From Limisphaerales bacterium (GTDB lineage Bacteria; Verrucomicrobiota; Verrucomicrobiia; Limisphaerales; JACDHS01), in the NCBI GenBank assembly GCA_046597605.1, contig JBKJKE010000038.1, positions 75,703 through 139,702 on the forward strand: a stretch of 64,000 bases of DNA, in the 5' to 3' direction. This document shows, piece after piece, positions 10,601-18,534 of the stretch. The notes beneath the pieces were generated by a model. The model saw only the letters and a list, made by a program, of their open reading frames with translations. It was not told the origin of the DNA and made no database searches. Both the position numbers and the translations under genes were made by a program. Within the stretch, counting starts at the first letter, position 1. Each line of letters begins with the position of its first letter.

Positions 10601-10969
10601 GATCAAGGCCCTGTCAGAAGCGGAGATAGAGTTGAGCGCTGGCTGCAGGATGGTGTTCCAGAAATGAGTCGCGCTGGCCGTCGCATTGCTGGACATGTCA
10701 TACATTTGCGGGGAGTAAATACGGACGACTATCTTGCCTTCAGGAGCTTTGGCTTTGTAGTCGCGCATGGCCGCTACCATTCCGGGCGGGAAATCCAGAA
10801 CCTTGAGGAGGCGTGGCTTGCCGGAAACAATATTGGATGAACCGGGGGTGTATCCTCCGATTAGATGAGCGCTTAGTTTGCTGCTGCTCACCTGTGCTCC
10901 GCCATCCTGCCAGGCAAAACAAACAACCAAGGCGATCAACAACAACCTTGGGCGAGAGAACGGGTTCAT
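7640..10969 (-). CDS. large secreted glycoside-hydrolase-like protein with fibronectin-III-like modules, two malectin-like carbohydrate-binding domains and a C-terminal Ig/cadherin-like domain
   Basis: Signal peptide MNPFSRPRLLLIALVVCFAWQDGGAQV. N-terminal TIM-barrel-like hydrolase region (VITEGGVDQ). Two paralogous segments (RLHFCEMYIYFNGPGMRIFNVYLNGAKALNNFDIYAAAGG and RLHFAEISPSVTAVGQRQFNVSINGSQVLTNLDIVLVAGG) are typical of malectin domains. Confidence 0.75.
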   Translation of the reverse strand: MNPFSRPRLLLIALVVCFAWQDGGAQVSSSKLSAHLIGGYTPGSSNIVSGKPRLLKVLDFPPGMVAAMRDYKAKAPEGKIVVRIYSPQMYDMSSNATASATHFWNTILQPALNSISASDRALIDYLEGPNEGQTPTLGYPWDQRTNAAIWFNQFWTNLTPQMVSAGYKPCIGSIAVGNPGGNPSDWQPLLSQFVPALRQAKAAGGSWSYHSYTLQYTTDLNVEIHDSLRYRQFYSFFAQQFPDITDIPLVITEGGVDQVGDRLSSGWQARGSAANYQRWLNWFDYQMQQDPYVVGCTLFQNGDTWWASFDLETIMPGAQPGVVPIAGWFGNYLKMPTAVPPAPTGLSITTNNPIRLSWTNLPANPTTYAIRRSTNSGGPYTLLADKISEGLQGTSYTDAAVTSGVTYYYVVSAVNSVGEGTTSVEVSTTPGLPKINCGGLAAGNFSDDIFFNAGQGFSVTNTVDMSGAANPAPMPVYQAQRYGNLTYTIPNLVPATSYKMRLHFCEMYIYFNGPGMRIFNVYLNGAKALNNFDIYAAAGGQFKANIQEFNAIADSNGKITVRLETVIDNASMNGIEVLANPNNSLPAAPANLTANISSGAVSLNWFAPVDATSFKVKRGTGGPLTVIATDLTRAAFTDVSFVPNTTYFYAVSAANAFGESLDSNQVSARPTNGLPDAVATALTWTNSAIFSGNTVYFRTTVKNQGSATIAANTLGIGLLVDGVQIGYVGAGNSALAAGASATYIANGGPNNGAWIATPGTHTITAVVDDLNRFAEGNEGNNLFEVPLTTSLTGHAINVGGSGVGIFTVDNFYDGSLSTFTTTNSIDLNGAFGAAPAAVYQSERWGSFSYTMPNLVPGRLYKTRLHFAEISPSVTAVGQRQFNVSINGSQVLTNLDIVLVAGGKFKAVTRQFNTTADGSGKITVQFSTGAANAPKCNGIEVFAYTNTAPVLAAIPNKTVNTGATLSFTNFMTDSDLPADSLSFTIVSGPAGATVSTSGIFSWTAPQVTSGQTNAVTLRVTDSGTPALTDSKTFSIIVIAPPRISLMTVTAGNANLTWQTFPGKTYRVEFKDDLTNASWTQLGSDTFASGNSLSISEPASGQRFYRIVQVD

Positions 10970-11018
10970 CAGCAGTAGTCTACAGATTTCGAGGGCAGCT
11001 ACAAACCAAAGGATAACG

Positions 11019-11321
11019 CTACTGGTTGAGTAAAACGTTTCTTAGTCGCTGATGAACGCTATCGGGGATGTGCCTGGAAAATGTCACGCGATTGGCTCTG
11101 CTCATGGTGATAAAACCTTTCGATACGTTAGACTCAGAGAGGATCCCTTTTAGGTGATCCCGTGAGTGGGAGCGCAGGACTCCCCGAACAACATCTATGT
11201 TCGTTCCGCGAATTTTCAGTAACGTCGGAACACCCGGAGGAGGCAGGTAGCGAAGCCAGACTGCAGAATAGTAAAGCGCGAACGAAACGCCGATCAACGC
11301 GAGCAGCAGGTCAGGGTTCAT
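11019..11321 (-). CDS. hypothetical small protein with N-terminal TM helix
   Basis: 100-aa ORF between tyrS and the hydrolase gene, same strand. No recognisable motif. Confidence 0.3.
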   Translation of the reverse strand: MNPDLLLALIGVSFALYYSAVWLRYLPPPGVPTLLKIRGTNIDVVRGVLRSHSRDHLKGILSESNVSKGFITMSRANRVTFSRHIPDSVHQRLRNVLLNQ

Positions 11322-11413
11322 GGCTTTTGAATTATTGTAGCTGCGTTGGTGACAACGCGGGCATGCTTGCGATTCAGTCGGCCCGCGTTCTCACGAACGC
11401 AGCTACGGGAACG

Positions 11414-12691
11414 TCACTTTGCATTCAGGACCGTATAGTTCTTCTTGCCCTTGCGCAGCAGGATGTATTTTCCGAACAGCAGATCGACTGGCGTCAGTTG
11501 CCGCAGAGGATTGCCTTCCCTGATGTTGTTCACGTTGACACCGCCTTGCTCAATGTCTTTACGGGCTTGTCCCTTGGAAGGACACAGAGCCGAATGAGCC
11601 AGTGCTTCCACCAGCGGAAGCCCCTCTCCTTCAAGCTTCGATTTTTCGATTTCTTTCGTTGGAACCTCGCCGACAATTTCATTGAAGGTGGTTTCAGAGA
11701 TGCCTTCCAGACCGCCACCGAAAAGGATCTCACTGGCGCGCACCGCTTCAGCGGTGGCGTGTTCGCCGTGGATCATGTCGGTGGCAGCTTTAGCAAGCGC
11801 CTTGTGCGCGACACGAGCGCCAGGATTTTCGGCATGCGCCTTTTCGAGTGCTTCAATTTCGTCGCGGGTGAGGAAGGTGAAAAACTTCAGGTAGCGAAGG
11901 ACGTCGCGGTCGTCCGTTCGAACCCAGAATTGGTAGAACTTGTAAACGCTCGTCCTTTTCGGATCGAGGTAGATGGCTCCACCGACACTTTTGCCGAACT
12001 TGGTGCCGTCCGAATTGGTGATGAGCGGCAAGGTCAACCCGAACACGGTGTGGCTTAATTTCTTGCGTGTCAGCTCGATGCCAGCGGTGATGTTTCCCCA
12101 TTGATCGCTGCCGCCGATTTGCAATTCGCAGTTGAAGTCTCGATTTAGCACGTAGAAGTCGAATGCCTGGAGAAGCATGTAACTGAACTCGGTGTAGCTG
12201 ATTCCCACCTCGCGATCTTCCATGCGGGCGCGAACACTTTCCTTGGCCACCATCTGGTTCACGGAAAAATGTTTTCCAATATCCCGGAGGAAATCCAGGA
12301 AGCTGACATTGGCTGTCCAGGTTGCGTTGTCGAAAAGACGGGCTGGATTGGTTTTGCTTTCGAAGTCAAGGAGTCGGGTCAGTTGACCTTTCACGCAGGC
12401 AATGTTGTGGTCGAGGATATCCTTGGTCAGGAGTTGCCGTTCCTGCGTTTTGCCACTTGGGTCACCAATTGAGCCGGTGGCGCCACCAGCCAGGGCTATG
12501 GGATGGTGCCCAGCGTTCTGGAAGCGTCGGAGGGCGATGAGTGGGACGAGATTACCAACGTGCAGAGAATCGGCTGTCGGGTCGAAGCCGCAATAGAGCG
12601 TTGTTGGTGTGGCCAGTCGTTTGACGAGAGTTTCGGTATCGGTGCAATCTGCGATCAATCCCCGCCACTGCAATTCTTCATGAATGCTCAT
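11414..12691 (-). CDS. tyrS: tyrosine--tRNA ligase
   Basis: Class I HIGH motif (HVGNLVPL) and KMSKS-type motif KFGKS. C-terminal S4-like RNA-binding tail. 425 aa. Confidence 0.95.
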   Translation of the reverse strand: MSIHEELQWRGLIADCTDTETLVKRLATPTTLYCGFDPTADSLHVGNLVPLIALRRFQNAGHHPIALAGGATGSIGDPSGKTQERQLLTKDILDHNIACVKGQLTRLLDFESKTNPARLFDNATWTANVSFLDFLRDIGKHFSVNQMVAKESVRARMEDREVGISYTEFSYMLLQAFDFYVLNRDFNCELQIGGSDQWGNITAGIELTRKKLSHTVFGLTLPLITNSDGTKFGKSVGGAIYLDPKRTSVYKFYQFWVRTDDRDVLRYLKFFTFLTRDEIEALEKAHAENPGARVAHKALAKAATDMIHGEHATAEAVRASEILFGGGLEGISETTFNEIVGEVPTKEIEKSKLEGEGLPLVEALAHSALCPSKGQARKDIEQGGVNVNNIREGNPLRQLTPVDLLFGKYILLRKGKKNYTVLNAK

Positions 12692-12865
12692 TCTGCCGGA
12701 AGATTGCGTTACACGCGGGAACGCTCAAGGGAAAAGTGGCTGGAGGTGTTGAATGGTTATGCCCGCGACGCACGATGTAACGATTCAACTATGCAACGCC
12801 CCCCGCCTCCACCAGCTCGCCAGAGCAATAGACCTGTCTCTTTTGATGGCGGGCCAATAAACGAA

Positions 12866-13975
12866 TTAGTTGTCTGGGGCCGCGCTCGCCGGAGTGGGCT
12901 TGCGCAGGAGTTCCAGGATATAACTTTCGAGCTCCGCCGCACGATGAGCGGAAGTGTGCTCTTTCAAAATGCGCTCACGGGCACGATCCCCGATCTCAAT
13001 CCGATCTGCCTTGGAGAGCCGCAACAAATAGTTGAGAACATCTTCTTTCGAGCGAGCAATGAGGATCTCTTCGCCTAATTCAAAAATCGTTTCCAGCCCT
13101 TCCCATGGATCGGTAATAATTGGGGTGGCGCAGGCGGCTGCCTCAAACAGGCGTACGCTGGGAGAAAACCCAGCAGTAATCATGTCTGCTCGTGTGACAT
13201 TAAGTGTGAAACATTGCTCATTGTAGAACTTGCGATGCTCAGATGGGGCCAGGTGCTCAATGCGTTCCACATTCTCAGGCCATTGCACTTCTTTAGGATA
13301 CTGGGGGCCGGCAGCCACAAATTTCGAGTGTGGAAGTTGAACCGCGGGTTCGATCAAGAGACGGTGAACGGTTGGTTGCCGGTCGGCGCTATAAGTTCCG
13401 AGATAGCCCAGGTCCCACGGACGGGGGTGATCTTCCGGATAGTAAATCTTAGGATCGACTGAACAATAAAGAGCTCGCGCCATGGGTGAGCCAAACTGCT
13501 TTTCCAGTCGATCCAGGGTGGGTCCGCCGGTGAACGAGAGATACAGATCGTAGCGTGGAATCAGGCTTTTGGTCAGGTAATCGAGATCTTCCTTTTCCAG
13601 GTTAGCCAGCGTAACTGGTGTATCGATATCATAGAAGGCCTTTACCTTCTGTGCGGTTTTGGTGACCCATTCTCCAATAGCGGCACCTTCAGGAGCATAC
13701 GATCCGACAATAACGCAATCCGCGTTGCGGATCTCACTATCGAAACGCTCCTTTAACTGTTTCAGATTGGCGTAAAGTTCAGTACGCCCGTGAGGGGGGC
13801 GGGGCATATCGCGATTGGACGCATACAATTCCACATCTCTTTCGAGGAAGAGGACATCGTGCCCCCTTGTTGTGAGCTCTTTGACAAGACCGCGATAGGT
13901 GGTGGCATGACCATTACCCCAGGAGGAAGTGATGGATAATCCCAGGAAAACAATTTTGAGTGATTCTTCGTTCAT
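12866..13975 (-). CDS. CgeB-family glycosyltransferase-like protein (paralog 3 of 3)
   Basis: Clear paralog of 13972-15066 along its full length (N-terminal WGNGHATTYRGL block; C-terminal RLFEAAACATPIITD ... EHTSAHRAAELE block). Confidence 0.7.
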   Translation of the reverse strand: MNEESLKIVFLGLSITSSWGNGHATTYRGLVKELTTRGHDVLFLERDVELYASNRDMPRPPHGRTELYANLKQLKERFDSEIRNADCVIVGSYAPEGAAIGEWVTKTAQKVKAFYDIDTPVTLANLEKEDLDYLTKSLIPRYDLYLSFTGGPTLDRLEKQFGSPMARALYCSVDPKIYYPEDHPRPWDLGYLGTYSADRQPTVHRLLIEPAVQLPHSKFVAAGPQYPKEVQWPENVERIEHLAPSEHRKFYNEQCFTLNVTRADMITAGFSPSVRLFEAAACATPIITDPWEGLETIFELGEEILIARSKEDVLNYLLRLSKADRIEIGDRARERILKEHTSAHRAAELESYILELLRKPTPASAAPDN

Positions 13976-15066
13976 GCTGCCATCTCCTTCATTTTGCCCT
14001 CGAGTAGGGCCTCAAGTTGTTCTGCACGGTGAGCATAGGTGTGTTCTGAAAGGACTCTTTGGCAGGCTGCTTTGCCGATCTCTTTGGCTCGACCATTAGT
14101 AAGCGTGCGGATGTGTTCAGCGACTTCCTCGCCGTTTTTTGCGACGAGAACTTCTTTTTCCGGTTCAAGGAATTGTTCGATTCCGACCCAGTAGTCAGTG
14201 ATCAGGCATGCTTCCGCGCCTGCTGCTTCAAAGACTTGAGTGGCTGGCGAGAAGCCATTGCGAGCCATGCTTTCCCTGCTGATGTTTAAGACTGCTCGTG
14301 GTGTGCAGTTGAAGGCGTTATGATCTTTCGTATAAACGTGGCCGAGGGAGTTTATGTTACCGCTTTTAGGCTTGTCCTCCCATCCGCTTCCTCCCAGCAG
14401 GAAGGTCTTCTTTGGAACACGCGCCGCGACATCAAGAAAGAATTCCTCCACCCGCGCTTCGCGATCGGGCAAACGGTTTCCAAGAAAACCAAGGTCAGCA
14501 TCGAATCTCTTTTCCGGCGGAACGGGAAAATGGGTGCTCGGATCGAGTGCGTTGTAGATGGGAACACATTCCAACGCTTTGAGGGCTTTATAGGCGGCTA
14601 TGACGGGTTCGCCTCCTCCATAGGTTAGAATCAAATCGTAGCACGGGATGCATTTTCGAAATGGATCCCGCTGATTCTTCTGCACCCGCTCGAGAGTGGC
14701 GGGAGCATCAACATCCCAAAACGCCACCAGGGTTTCGGGCCGTTGCAAATCGATTACGGCGCGTTCTAACAATTCATCAAACACGCCGACTCCGCTTGCT
14801 TTTACAACAAGATCGGCTCCTCTCGCTCGCTCCACCATCTTCAGAGCGGATTTCTCGTCATTGGGGTAGACAACGACTTCCGCCCAATCCGGATCCGGGA
14901 TATCGCGATGTTGCTGTCGGCTATAGGCGTCTGGTTCATAGAATGTGACGCGATGTCCTCGCTCGTGCAGCGCCCGTATGATTCCCCGGTAGTAGGTAGC
15001 CGCGCCATTCCAGTAAGCAGAAACCAGGCTTGAGCCAAAGAAGGCGATATTCATTCCGTTTTTCAT
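13972..15066 (-). CDS. CgeB-family glycosyltransferase-like protein (paralog 2 of 3)
   Basis: Shares N-terminal AYWNGAATYYRGI and C-terminal QVFEAAGAEACLITD ... EHTYAHRAEQLE blocks with neighbours. ATGA overlap with downstream paralog (13972-13975). Confidence 0.7.
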   Translation of the reverse strand: MKNGMNIAFFGSSLVSAYWNGAATYYRGIIRALHERGHRVTFYEPDAYSRQQHRDIPDPDWAEVVVYPNDEKSALKMVERARGADLVVKASGVGVFDELLERAVIDLQRPETLVAFWDVDAPATLERVQKNQRDPFRKCIPCYDLILTYGGGEPVIAAYKALKALECVPIYNALDPSTHFPVPPEKRFDADLGFLGNRLPDREARVEEFFLDVAARVPKKTFLLGGSGWEDKPKSGNINSLGHVYTKDHNAFNCTPRAVLNISRESMARNGFSPATQVFEAAGAEACLITDYWVGIEQFLEPEKEVLVAKNGEEVAEHIRTLTNGRAKEIGKAACQRVLSEHTYAHRAEQLEALLEGKMKEMAA

Positions 15067-15071
15067 AAAAT

Positions 15072-15671
15072 CTATGCATTCACCAGTTGCGCATCGGTGG
15101 GTGCCACCGCGGGCATCCCCTTGCCAGCGAGTTCCTCATGGATGGCCAACAACTCATCGACACGATGCGCGCAGGTATGCCGCGCGCGAATGGTTTCGAG
15201 TCCAGAGCGTGCGAGAGACTGGGCGACTTCGCTTTCATTCAAGACGAGACGTAGATAACGCTTCATTTTCGTTCCAATGTGGGCAAAGAGGAAATCGCGT
15301 CCGGGTCGGAACAATCCTTCCACATCATCCCATGGCGAAGATATCAGGGGGATGCCGGAGGCGAGCGCCTCAAAAGGACGGATAGTTGGAATTCCTGGAA
15401 GTGCTTTTACGTAGGGGCGTCGGCGAACGTGGACTGTTACTTTGTGTTCTGCGAAAGTCCGGGGGGCTTCGAAGTTGGGCAGCCAGCCGCTATATTGAAT
15501 CGAAGTTCCATATTCAGCCAGCAGGTTGGTAAAGCTCCACGAATTCTCCGGCTCGAAAACACAAATATCGTGTCCACGCGAAATCAATTCGGTTGCAACT
15601 CCCCGGAGGAAATGTGCATTCCCGTGATTCCAGTCGGACAAAAAGCTGTGATAAAACATCAGGATCCGCAC
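15072..15671 (-). CDS. truncated CgeB-like paralog (199 aa; keeps N-terminal ~45 aa and C-terminal ~110 aa of the family, lacks ~170 central residues)
   Basis: MRILMFYHSFLSDWNHGNAHFLRGVATELISRGHDICVFEPE aligns to paralog N-termini. RPFEALASGIPLISSPWDDVEGLF ... ARHTCAHRVDELL aligns to their C-termini. Intact ORF, 13-nt overlap with upstream GT4 gene. Confidence 0.5.
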   Translation of the reverse strand: MRILMFYHSFLSDWNHGNAHFLRGVATELISRGHDICVFEPENSWSFTNLLAEYGTSIQYSGWLPNFEAPRTFAEHKVTVHVRRRPYVKALPGIPTIRPFEALASGIPLISSPWDDVEGLFRPGRDFLFAHIGTKMKRYLRLVLNESEVAQSLARSGLETIRARHTCAHRVDELLAIHEELAGKGMPAVAPTDAQLVNA

Positions 15672-16801
15672 AACGCCTCGATCGGCTGGATATTAGAAAC
15701 AGGAGGGGTAAAACGGGATAGCGCCTCCGTGTAAGCGGAAAGATATTCTGCGGCCATATGTTTTGGATTCAGCTGGATCGCGCGGCACTGGGCAAAAGAG
15801 GCCAGCTCTTTTCGGCGGAAAAGATTTTGAATCAAAGTTAAAAGAGTGTGTTTCAATTGATCGGTGTCATCCGGGTCAACGAACAAAGCGGCTCCATTCC
15901 AAATCTCGCGAAGACTGGGAATATCGCCGAGCACCAATGCACAACCCGACATGCCTGCTTCCAGCACGGACAATCCAAATGGTTCGTAGCGGGCGGGGAA
16001 GGCGTAGATGGAAGCTTTGCTAAACCAACAGGCCAGCATTTCCGGCGGTAGCTTCCCTAGAAAAGTAAGATGTTTGTCCCGCACGGTGGTTCCGTCGGCC
16101 CGTCTGACGTCGCCCGCCAAATAAATCTTCCAGGGCAAGTCCGGCGCAACCTTCGAAAGCGCGGCGACATTTTTCCCTTCATCCCAGAGCCTGCCCGCAG
16201 CAAGGATCACCTCTTCTTTGATGCCGGGATGGAACAACGAGGGGTCGCGTCCATTGTAGATGACCCGTCCAGTCAGCGGTCCATAATATCGGTTGAGGCA
16301 ATCGAGCATTGCCTTGGAAGGAGCCACAACAACGTGCGCAGCCTGGAGGCCGGCGCGTACAACTTCGCGATAGGCGTCCCAGTGCCTGGGTGCCTCTTCA
16401 TTTTTCACCGCGCTCCACCAGGAGGAAACGCAGGAGTGTCCCACCACGATCTTGGGGGATCGAAAGGGTAGGGCGCCATGGGCGAACCCGTTTAGGTGAA
16501 CCACATCCGGTTTGGTGCGCCATTCTAATTCGAGCAACCAGTTGCCCGCGCGGGAGACATCTTTCCACGGGTTCTCCATCCATTCTAATTTGTAACTACT
16601 CTCGTAAACCTCCACGTTGCTCAGTGCGTTTGTTTCGCGGCGCTGATCCCTGGAAAGAGGATTGCCCATGGTCGCGAGCACAACCTGAACGTTGTGTTCG
16701 GCAAGCGCGTGCGTCAACTCAAGGGCATAAGTCCACACGCCGCCCACAGTGTCTGTAGTGAGCAGAAGTCGCTTCGGCTTCGGTGGTGGCAAAATCATCA
16801 T
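15659..16801 (-). CDS. glycosyltransferase family 4 (GT-B, group 1 glycosyltransferase)
   Basis: EPFGLSVLEAGMSGCALVLGDIPSLREIW E-x7-E motif. Start set at the internal MMILPPPKPKRLLLTTDTVGG, since the upstream 33 codons look non-coding. Confidence 0.8.
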   Translation of the reverse strand: MMILPPPKPKRLLLTTDTVGGVWTYALELTHALAEHNVQVVLATMGNPLSRDQRRETNALSNVEVYESSYKLEWMENPWKDVSRAGNWLLELEWRTKPDVVHLNGFAHGALPFRSPKIVVGHSCVSSWWSAVKNEEAPRHWDAYREVVRAGLQAAHVVVAPSKAMLDCLNRYYGPLTGRVIYNGRDPSLFHPGIKEEVILAAGRLWDEGKNVAALSKVAPDLPWKIYLAGDVRRADGTTVRDKHLTFLGKLPPEMLACWFSKASIYAFPARYEPFGLSVLEAGMSGCALVLGDIPSLREIWNGAALFVDPDDTDQLKHTLLTLIQNLFRRKELASFAQCRAIQLNPKHMAAEYLSAYTEALSRFTPPVSNIQPIEALCGS

Positions 16802-16946
16802 CTTTAACGTTCGTAGATTCCGTCCAGCGTCTCGGCAACCTGAATGACTCCTTCTCTTCCCGGGTCGTAGGAAGGGTTGGCCGCAATTCGGTTCACCCAA
16901 TTTACCGCGGTCCGTCCGCCCCAGGCATCAGGTAGTTTCGCGATTG

Positions 16947-17222
16947 TTACCCGTTGCATCCCGTAAAAGCGTTCGACGACAAACTCGTAAAAGGACCCGT
17001 TGACATTGCGGAACTCAATCCCTCCGTTGCCGCCGTAGAACGAGGCGCGAATGATCGCATCGCATCCCGATTGTACTTTCCAGGAACGCGAGAGTTGGAC
17101 GGAGTGCCATTATCCAGGTCCAATCTTGAGATAGCATAATCTTCTGCTTTGCCGGAACCGTTCAGTGGTTGTCCCTGGGATGTTTGGAAATGCGTCGCGC
17201 CGTTGGATTTAAATCGTTTCAT
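16947..17222 (-). CDS. hypothetical small Ser/Thr/Gly-rich protein (91 aa), translationally coupled to epimerase gene
   Basis: Its ATG overlaps the TGA of the epimerase gene (ATGA at 17219-17222). Sequence MKRFKSNGATHFQTSQGQPLNGSGKAEDYAISRLDLDNGTPSNSRVPG...SSAMSTGPFTSLSSNAFTGCNG. Low complexity, so coding status is uncertain. Confidence 0.25.
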   Translation of the reverse strand: MKRFKSNGATHFQTSQGQPLNGSGKAEDYAISRLDLDNGTPSNSRVPGKYNRDAMRSFAPRSTAATEGLSSAMSTGPFTSLSSNAFTGCNG

Positions 17223-18337
17223 ACAGTGAGTCCCCGGGAGGCGAGTTCGGCTTTGGCTTTTTCCACATGATCCACTGCAACCTGTCCTTCGAGCCATGCC
17301 GCGAGTTCCTCGAGTCCTTCGTCGAATGTCACAACGGGCTCGTAGCCCAATACTTTCCTGGCAAGCGATATGTCGGCAAAACAATGCCGGATATCCCCCG
17401 TCCGATACTTTCCTGTGACCTCTGGTCCGATGTTCTCCTTGTTCACCGCCGCTGCCATCCGCTCCGCCACCTGGCCCACTGTAAAATTCTGGCCGCTTCC
17501 GATATTGAACACCTGGCTGGCCGCCCCTGGAACTTCGAGTGCCAGGCGGCAGGCATGAACGACATCGTAAACACTCACGAAGTCGCGTCGCTGATTGCCG
17601 TCTTCGAAGATAAGAGGTGAATTGTTGTTTAGGAGGCGTGATGCGAAAATGGCGAGGACACCCGTGTAGGGATTCGATAACGCCTGACGAGTACCGTAGA
17701 CGTTGAAAAAGCGCATAGACACGGTCGGAATATTGTAGGCTCGACCAATGATCATGCAGAGACGTTCCTGATCGTATTTTGAAAGGGCGTAGACGGAAGC
17801 GAGCGAAGGTTGCTTGCTTTCGGGTGTGGGGACGGGAGCGGGCACCTCGCCTTTTTCATCCCGCAGCTCCCAATCGTGGTTCTTCAACTGCTCGACCGTC
17901 CGCTCGCAACCTTCGATGAGGCCACCGTCCTGTTTTTGGTAAAGTCCCTCGCCATACAGGCTCATGCTGGAAGCGACGATTAATCGTTCCACCGGTTTAT
18001 CGACCAATGCCTCAAGCAGGAGAGCGGTCCCATCGTTATTAACCTCCGTGTAGTCGGCAATTTGATACATGCTTTGCCCAACTCCAACCATCGCCGCAAA
18101 ATGATATACCGCGTCGACTTCCTTCAGGGCGTGGCGAATCGAATACTCGTTGCGCACGTCTCCTTTCATGAATTCCACTTCGGGATTCAGATAGGAAGGG
18201 CGAGCGGCCTGGGTGCCATGCACCTGTTCTGAGAGGTTGTCGAGGACCCGCACGCTGTAGCCGTTTTCGAGCAATTCATCCGCCAGATGTGATCCGATAA
18301 AACCTGCTCCACCGGTAATAAGTATTCTTTTTCTCAT
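17219..18337 (-). CDS. NAD-dependent epimerase/dehydratase family protein (UDP-sugar epimerase/dehydratase-like)
   Basis: Rossmann motif ILITGGAGFIGSHL and catalytic YALSK (YxxxK). Start set at MRKRILITGG. Confidence 0.85.
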   Translation of the reverse strand: MRKRILITGGAGFIGSHLADELLENGYSVRVLDNLSEQVHGTQAARPSYLNPEVEFMKGDVRNEYSIRHALKEVDAVYHFAAMVGVGQSMYQIADYTEVNNDGTALLLEALVDKPVERLIVASSMSLYGEGLYQKQDGGLIEGCERTVEQLKNHDWELRDEKGEVPAPVPTPESKQPSLASVYALSKYDQERLCMIIGRAYNIPTVSMRFFNVYGTRQALSNPYTGVLAIFASRLLNNNSPLIFEDGNQRRDFVSVYDVVHACRLALEVPGAASQVFNIGSGQNFTVGQVAERMAAAVNKENIGPEVTGKYRTGDIRHCFADISLARKVLGYEPVVTFDEGLEELAAWLEGQVAVDHVEKAKAELASRGLTV

Positions 18338-18492
18338 GCGCGTCTTTCGCGGGTTGCGTAACGGAAACAACATGCACCAACGGAGCAGCTCCTAACAACG
18401 GGCAGGGGTCCCTATTCTGCGTTGAGACAAACCCCTTGAACGGAGCCTGGTTTGATGTGAGGGCGGCCCCCGAGGAAGTGATCAGTGGAGAA

Positions 18493-18520
18493 GCGCTGTT
18501 TCGACCATGCGAAACAGCGC
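18493..18520 (-). terminator. possible terminator hairpin (perfect 11-bp palindrome GCGCTGTTTCG-ACCATG-CGAAACAGCGC)
   Basis: Located 15 nt downstream of the H1-like gene stop on the minus strand. The following tract is only weakly U-rich. Confidence 0.35.
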
Positions 18521-18534
18521 GTGAAGTGAGATGG

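Noticed and set aside
11162-12058. 298-aa ORF antisense to tyrS
   Set aside because: It is entirely embedded opposite a highly confident tyrS coding region. This is a typical GC-rich antisense artefact.
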